From positions 1 to 53,172 of the forward strand of contig PFVO01000018.1 in NCBI GenBank assembly GCA_002790655.1: a DNA stretch of 53,172 nucleotides, in the 5' to 3' direction. The notes under the pieces are model-generated. The model was not told where the DNA came from. It searched no databases and saw only the letters and a program-made list of their open reading frames with translations. Below are positions 48,100 through 53,172 of the stretch, piece after piece. Source of the DNA: Candidatus Moranbacteria bacterium CG_4_9_14_3_um_filter_44_28. Lineage in GTDB: Bacteria; Patescibacteriota; Minisyncoccia; Moranbacterales; UBA11712. Both the position numbers and the translations under genes were made by a program. Position 1 is the first letter of the stretch. Each line of letters begins with the position of its first letter.

Positions 48100-49134
48100 T
48101 TATCCTAAGAGTACTTTCTTGAGAAGCGCCATTCGGACATAAAGTCCGTTTTCCGCCTGTTGGATATATTTTGCCCGCGGGTCGTTGTCGAACCATTCCG
48201 GAATTTCGCCGAAGGCCGGATCGCGAGGCAGAGGATGCATCACAATCACGTCCTTTTTCAATTTTTTCACGACTTCCTTGGTTATCGAACAATTGTTTCT
48301 GATAAAATCATAATCCACTTGAATCCCTCCGAGTCTTTCTTTTTGCACCCGCGTCATATAAAACACATCAATTTTATTCGCGACGTCAATCAGTTTTTCG
48401 TATTCTGTGAATTTCACTTTTTTCTTCTTAAGATATTCTTTGATGTCGTCCCTCATTTTGAGAACTGAAGGTGAGACAAAAAAGAATTCCAGTTTTTCCG
48501 AATCCTGATATTTGTTAAGGAGATAAGCAAGAGAGCGAACTGTGCGCCCGTTTGCGAGATCCCCCACAAAGGCTATATTGATTCTCTCGCTATGAATGTT
48601 TTTCTTAAGTTCGTTATCATAAAATCTTTTAATCGTGTAAAGATCAAGAAGCGCCTGTGTTGGATGTTGACCTGCTCCGTCACCCGCATTGATGATGGAA
48701 ACCGTTCGCCCGCTCGCCCGCGCCGCCTCGTCCGCTTCGCGCGCCATTCCTTCTTTATCCGTCCGCATCACAATGGCATCAACTCCATACCCGCAGAACA
48801 TCGCGATTGTATCCTTCACGGTCTCACCTTTCACAACTGAAGAGAATTGCCGCGCCGGCGGAATAGCCATAACTCTCGCGCCAAGATTCTCCGCCGCGAC
48901 AAAAAAAGATGACCACGTGCGGGTGCTCGGTTCATAAAACAGGAGAGCAATTCTCTTTTCTGCCATTTTCTTCCAGATACCCTCGCACCATTTTTTATCT
49001 TCTCCTGAAACATGATTATCATCCAGATACTCGCACATAATCTGCATACGGTCGGCTTCAGCAAACAAATCATTAAGAATTTCCCGATTGAACTGCTGGA
49101 CTTCCAAAATTGATTTTCCTTTTAAAGATTCCGT
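48100..49134 (-). CDS. pyrB: Aspartate carbamoyltransferase catalytic subunit (start uncertain)
   Basis: FYEPSTRT, HPTQALLD, MTRVQKER, MHPLPR; frame extends upstream of the TTG at 49107 to ACG at 49134. Confidence 0.9.
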   Translation of the reverse strand, partial: TESLKGKSILEVQQFNREILNDLFAEADRMQIMCEYLDDNHVSGEDKKWCEGIWKKMAEKRIALLFYEPSTRTWSSFFVAAENLGARVMAIPPARQFSSVVKGETVKDTIAMFCGYGVDAIVMRTDKEGMAREADEAARASGRTVSIINAGDGAGQHPTQALLDLYTIKRFYDNELKKNIHSERINIAFVGDLANGRTVRSLAYLLNKYQDSEKLEFFFVSPSVLKMRDDIKEYLKKKKVKFTEYEKLIDVANKIDVFYMTRVQKERLGGIQVDYDFIRNNCSITKEVVKKLKKDVIVMHPLPRDPAFGEIPEWFDNDPRAKYIQQAENGLYVRMALLKKVLLG

Positions 49135-49205
49135 AATTTTATTTTAGTACTTAGGCAGATTTTAGGCCGAGGATATTCCCCAGGCCTGTTTCACCAATCA
49201 ATACA

Positions 49206-49466
49206 TCACCATGCCCCTCGCCCTCCTATACCACAAGAGGGGCTGTGCTTGCTGCCAAATGGCTCCTCGCAAGACTTACATACCCAGGCATCCCCGGCAA
49301 GTTTATAGTCCATTTCATTGATCAATTTTTTACAGCCGTCTCCGAGCGCACAATTGCGCTGATTGCCTTTTGCCAAAATGCACCGCAGATGTACAAACTT
49401 GCACACGGGCACATTTTCAGGCCCACCGATAATTGAATAGAATTCCACTTTCACACTCGCCTCCAT
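49206..49466 (-). CDS. Small Cys-rich hypothetical protein
   Basis: 86 aa with 7 Cys including CKSC; strong SD aggaggaggtg. Confidence 0.6.
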   Translation of the reverse strand: MEASVKVEFYSIIGGPENVPVCKFVHLRCILAKGNQRNCALGDGCKKLINEMDYKLAGDAWVCKSCEEPFGSKHSPSCGIGGRGAW

Positions 49467-49504
49467 CGCCAGTCACCTCCTCCTAAGTTTCAGTTAGCTT
49501 AACA

Positions 49505-51004
49505 CTATTTATTTAATTTTGCTTTCATAATACCCAAGGCAACTTTGGGGTTAATTTTCCCCTCACTCTCCTTCATAACTTGTCCGAGCAAAAATTGCAA
49601 GGCCGCCTGCTTGCCGGCCTTGAAGTCCGCAACTGGTTGGGAATTTTCAGAAACTACTTTTTCCACAATTTTTTCTATCTCCAAATCGTCTTCGATTTGT
49701 CCCAAATTTTTCTCCGCGATGATATGTTCCGGATCGGCGCCGGTTCTTACCATTTCCGCAAGAACCATTTGTGCCGTGCTAGAATTTATCTTACTTTTAG
49801 AAATTATACTCATAAGTTCACCGAAATTTTCGGGCGTTATCTTGAGATCTTTTATTCCGACTTTGTCATTTAAATATTTTTTCAACTCTGAAATAATATA
49901 ATTGGCTGTGAGCTTGGCTAATTTACCATCATCTTTATCCCTCACCAAATCAAAACCATCTTCTTTACTCCTTTTTGATTTGGTGAGGGACGAGCATAAC
50001 TCGCAAGCTTCGCTCACCGCTTCCTCAAAAAATTCCGCTGTTTCTTTATCCTGCGAAAGAACTTCGGCGTCATACTCCGGCAGTTTGTATTCGCTGCGAA
50101 ATCTTATGATCTTTTGCGCTGGAAGTTCGGGAAGTTCTGCTCGGATTTTATTCACGTAATCTTCGCTGAACTCAAGCGGCGGCAAATCCGGTTCGGGAAA
50201 ATAGCGATAATCGTGGGCGGATTCCTTTTCCCTTTGCGAGAAAGTCTGCATTTTGCTCTCGTCCCATCCTCTTGTTTCTTGGATAATTTTTTTTCTTTCT
50301 TCAAGCACCTCCATCTGTCTTTTGATTTCAAAATCAATGGCTTTCTCAACTGATTTGAAGGAATTTAGGTTTTTTATTTCAACCTTGGTGCCTCTTTCAG
50401 TCTTTTTTCGAGAAATAGAAATATTCGCTTCGCAACGCATGTGTCCTTTTTCCATATCAGCGTCGGAAATTCCGAGATAGCGCAAAATGAGCTGCAGTTC
50501 CTCGCAGAATTTCTTGGCTTCCTCGGCTGATTCAATATCCGGTTCTGTCACAAGCTCCATAAGCGGAATTCCCGAGCGGTTGAAATCAACGAGGCTAAAG
50601 TCAGTCCCCTTTTGATGAAGGAGTTTTCCGGTATCTTCTTCAAGATGAATGCGCGTGATATCAATTCTTTTTTTACCTATTATTAAATATCCACCCCCGC
50701 ATATCGGCTGGTCATACTGGGAAATTTGATATCCCTTGGGAAGATCGGGATAAAAATAGTTTTTGCGGTCGAATTTGGAAATTTTTGCAATTTTGCAATT
50801 GAGAGCAAGGCCGGCTTTCACAACATATTCAATTGCTTTTTCGTTTGCAACTGGAAGCGCCCCGGGCTGGCCCGTGCAAACCGGGCAAATGTTGCTGTTC
50901 GGCACCCGGTCAAGCTCCAGCTCATTTTTGCACGCGCAAAACATCTTGGAAGCGGTTTTAAGCTCCACGTGCACTTCCATGCCGATTGTCGGCTCATACT
51001 TCAT
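49505..51004 (-). CDS. gatB: Asp-tRNA(Asn)/Glu-tRNA(Gln) amidotransferase subunit B
   Basis: GMEVHVEL, FDRKNYFYPDLPKGYQISQ, DYRYFPEPDL. Confidence 0.97.
   Translation of the reverse strand: MKYEPTIGMEVHVELKTASKMFCACKNELELDRVPNSNICPVCTGQPGALPVANEKAIEYVVKAGLALNCKIAKISKFDRKNYFYPDLPKGYQISQYDQPICGGGYLIIGKKRIDITRIHLEEDTGKLLHQKGTDFSLVDFNRSGIPLMELVTEPDIESAEEAKKFCEELQLILRYLGISDADMEKGHMRCEANISISRKKTERGTKVEIKNLNSFKSVEKAIDFEIKRQMEVLEERKKIIQETRGWDESKMQTFSQREKESAHDYRYFPEPDLPPLEFSEDYVNKIRAELPELPAQKIIRFRSEYKLPEYDAEVLSQDKETAEFFEEAVSEACELCSSLTKSKRSKEDGFDLVRDKDDGKLAKLTANYIISELKKYLNDKVGIKDLKITPENFGELMSIISKSKINSSTAQMVLAEMVRTGADPEHIIAEKNLGQIEDDLEIEKIVEKVVSENSQPVADFKAGKQAALQFLLGQVMKESEGKINPKVALGIMKAKLNK
49938..49990. 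repeat. In-frame palindrome in gatB
   Basis: 18-bp perfect IR tccctcaccaaatcaaaa / ttttgatttggtgaggga. Confidence 0.85.
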
Positions 51005-51366
51005 TTATTTTAATTTTCTGCTAATGATCTTTTTAATATCTTCAAAAATATCTTCAACGCTTCTCTCTCCGTCGATGACATAGAAATTAGGAAAGCTTTT
51101 TCCCATCAAGTTGTATTCTTTCTGAGCCTTTGCCAGTTTTTTTTCTTTTTCAAAAAATTCTTTCCGGATGCGCGCTTTCGCGATTCTTCGCAGACATTCT
51201 TTCGGCGAAACGCGAAGATAAAAAGTTGAATCAGGCGGGCGAAAATTTTTATTTATCTCATAGAGCCATTTGGGATCGAGATCACCAGTAGCTTAGCTTG
51301 AGTAGTAGTACCGGATCCATCCAAACCTTCAAGAACAATAAATAATCCTCTCTTTCTTTTTTTCAT
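51005..51366 (-). pseudogene. tmk: Thymidylate kinase with internal deletion and frameshift
   Basis: N-terminus MKKRKRGLFIVLEGLDGSGTTTQAKLL is joined out of frame to ...GDLDPKWLYEIN...PDSTFYLRVSP...VIDGERSVEDIF...*. Confidence 0.85.
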
Positions 51367-51369
51367 AAG

Positions 51370-51909
51370 CTAAATTTGTGTCTCCCTCCCTTCCGTCGTC
51401 ACTCTCCCGCCCTGCCATTGGCCGCGATACTGACTGCCCTCTCCCCGAACTTCGTGGAAAGTGATATGGACAACCCGTGCACCCATGTCGACTTTGATAT
51501 TCGATTTTCCGAGATTGCAAAGACCAAATGTGAGCTCACCCTGATAACCGGTATTCACGATTCCATTAAAAAGCGCGAGTCCTGACCGGAAAAGAGTCGT
51601 TCGCGGGAAAATTATTCCCGCGATATCAATCGGGAGATTCACTTTTTCCACGGTTTTGATGAGATAATATTTCCCCGGCTCGAAGATATAGGAAGCCACT
51701 TTTTTAGAGTCATATTTCGCGACCAGACTTGATTTAGGTGTTTCTCTTTCTTCAAGGCCTAAATAACCATAACCCTCCAGTTCATATACTTCCCCCATCC
51801 GCAAATCAAAACCGGATCCTTCAGGATTTTCCAGCTCACGCTCGGATAAGCCTTCAATAAGTTTTTTTTCTTTTATGAGACGAGGAAGTTCTTTGATTCC
51901 TAATATCAT
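51370..51909 (-). CDS. dCTP deaminase / dUTPase family protein
   Basis: GFDLR, PRTTLFRSG, GYQGELTF, YRGQW. Confidence 0.8.
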   Translation of the reverse strand: MILGIKELPRLIKEKKLIEGLSERELENPEGSGFDLRMGEVYELEGYGYLGLEERETPKSSLVAKYDSKKVASYIFEPGKYYLIKTVEKVNLPIDIAGIIFPRTTLFRSGLALFNGIVNTGYQGELTFGLCNLGKSNIKVDMGARVVHITFHEVRGEGSQYRGQWQGGRVTTEGRETQI

Positions 51910-51948
51910 ATTCTTTAATTACGTCTTATGTGTTTCATGTTATGTGTG

Positions 51949-52500
51949 TTACGTGCTCGGCAGTCTCCTCCTCGATGTATCATCCTCCAAAAAACCCTTG
52001 AACCATTTTTTGTCCTCCTTGGAAAGCTTCACTTGTCGGATCCTGACGTTCGCTTCTTCCACCACTTCCCGCCAGTGTTTGTCCCGTTTAACATGCTTTG
52101 ACTCATAGCCGATTTCATAAACAATTTCGCGGATTCCTGCCCGAACTAAAAGCTTGGTGCAAACATAACAGGGAAAAAGAGTGAAATAGGCCGTGGCACC
52201 TTCAATACTGATTCCACAGCGGGCCGCGAGAGCAATAGCATTAGCTTCTGAATGAATGCTTCGACAAAAATCGTATTTAGCGTGATCCGGAGCTTTGATG
52301 CTTCGGCGGTAGCATACTCCTTCATCAGAGCAGTGCGGAACTCCCGGCATGGAACCGTTGTATCCAGTGGACAATACCTGCTTATCACGTATAATCACGC
52401 AACCGGTCGGGCGCGAAAGGCAGGTTGAACGAGACGCGGCCATTTTGGCCAGGGCGAGAAAATAAGAATCCCATGATGGTCTCTTGAAAGCTGAAGGCAT
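51949..52500 (-). CDS. dCMP deaminase family protein
   Basis: RPSWDSYF, STGYNG, HSEANA, PCYVC. Confidence 0.9.
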   Translation of the reverse strand: MPSAFKRPSWDSYFLALAKMAASRSTCLSRPTGCVIIRDKQVLSTGYNGSMPGVPHCSDEGVCYRRSIKAPDHAKYDFCRSIHSEANAIALAARCGISIEGATAYFTLFPCYVCTKLLVRAGIREIVYEIGYESKHVKRDKHWREVVEEANVRIRQVKLSKEDKKWFKGFLEDDTSRRRLPST

Positions 52501-52582
52501 AAAATTTTATTTTTAGTTAAAAAGAGGCACCCCTTCTACAAGTGCCTTATTATTATAATGGGTCATAAAAGAAAAGGCAAAA

Positions 52583-53050
52583 TTACTCTACTCTCGCAAA
52601 CACCACCACCTGCACTTTGTCGCCGTATTTTTTCGCGCATTTGGGGCAGGTGGCGTACCAGAAGATGAATTCTTTAGGCAAAAAGCCCTTTTCTCGGCAG
52701 TATTTCTTGGTTTCTTTGATCCACTTTCGCATATCGCCGTAGTGCCCCTCAAAGAGCCGTATCAAAAATTTTCCGGTGAGGAGTTCTGTTTCAAAAATAT
52801 CCGTTTTTTTACTTACGGGAATAAGCATTTCCCCTCCCCAGAGGTTATCGCACTTTGAAAGCACCATTGGCTCGGCCGCAAGTCCCGCTTCTTTGATTTT
52901 TTCAAGCCCCCGAACGATTTTTTTTCCGAAACCTATTGGCACGTGAATAAAGGACCAGTAGCGGTCTTTGTAAAACGGCTTATCGCGCCAGACGATTTCT
53001 TTTTTGTCCCATTCTTCAAGACTTAACCTTTTACAACATTCGTCATTCAT
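52583..53050 (-). CDS. Conserved hypothetical protein (GyrI-like / 'hydrolase' family)
   Basis: CC..WDKKEIVW, FEGHY, WYATCPKCAKKYG. Confidence 0.7.
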   Translation of the reverse strand: MNDECCKRLSLEEWDKKEIVWRDKPFYKDRYWSFIHVPIGFGKKIVRGLEKIKEAGLAAEPMVLSKCDNLWGGEMLIPVSKKTDIFETELLTGKFLIRLFEGHYGDMRKWIKETKKYCREKGFLPKEFIFWYATCPKCAKKYGDKVQVVVFARVE

Positions 53051-53172
53051 AGGCTGATAAACTTTACCGGCAAAACTTTTCGGAAAACTCCCGCGATCAT
53101 AAACGAATCCGACTCGTGGATATAGATCGGTTGGTGGAAAGAATTGGTGGAGCTTGGAAAAAGTCCGATGAC
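53047..53172 (-). CDS. 3' end of a gene running off the window
   Basis: Open frame of 41 codons ending in a TGA that overlaps the next ATG (ATGA). Confidence 0.45.
   Translation of the reverse strand, partial: VIGLFPSSTNSFHQPIYIHESDSFMIAGVFRKVLPVKFISL

Noticed and set aside
51329..51520. 63-aa minus-strand ORF
   Set aside because: Alternate-frame overlap of the dCTP deaminase and tmk genes.

Overview
A 53 kb chromosomal segment that looks like a Patescibacteria (CPR, Parcubacteria-type) genome. This is inferred from gene content, AT-rich leaders that mostly lack Shine-Dalgarno sites, and CPR-type hypothetical proteins. It carries housekeeping genes (serS, lysS, thrS, gatB, greA, frr, rplY, miaA, miaB, holB-like), a full elongasome set (two mreB, mreC, mreD, PBP2, rodA, murA, ftsQ), GT-C and GT4 glycosyltransferases, a VirD4/TraG-like ATPase next to large orphan proteins, and pyrimidine genes. 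Three things stand out. (1) Many families of small palindromic (REP/MITE-like) and heptamer/nonamer repeats fill the intergenic gaps and are also inserted IN-FRAME in conserved genes: four elements in miaB, two in miaA, and others in gatB, an aminotransferase, murA and two glycosyltransferases. Some are nested or swap modules. (2) An AT-rich restriction-modification unit is bounded by ~75-bp inverted repeats and ends in an attC-like site; it looks like an integron-like cassette with no integrase nearby, and its nuclease carries a nonsense codon. (3) There are damaged genes (tmk with an internal deletion, pyrB lacking a canonical start) and small unannotated ORFs (a Zn-finger peptide and a Pro/Thr/Glu peptide). 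No tRNA, rRNA or CRISPR array was seen.
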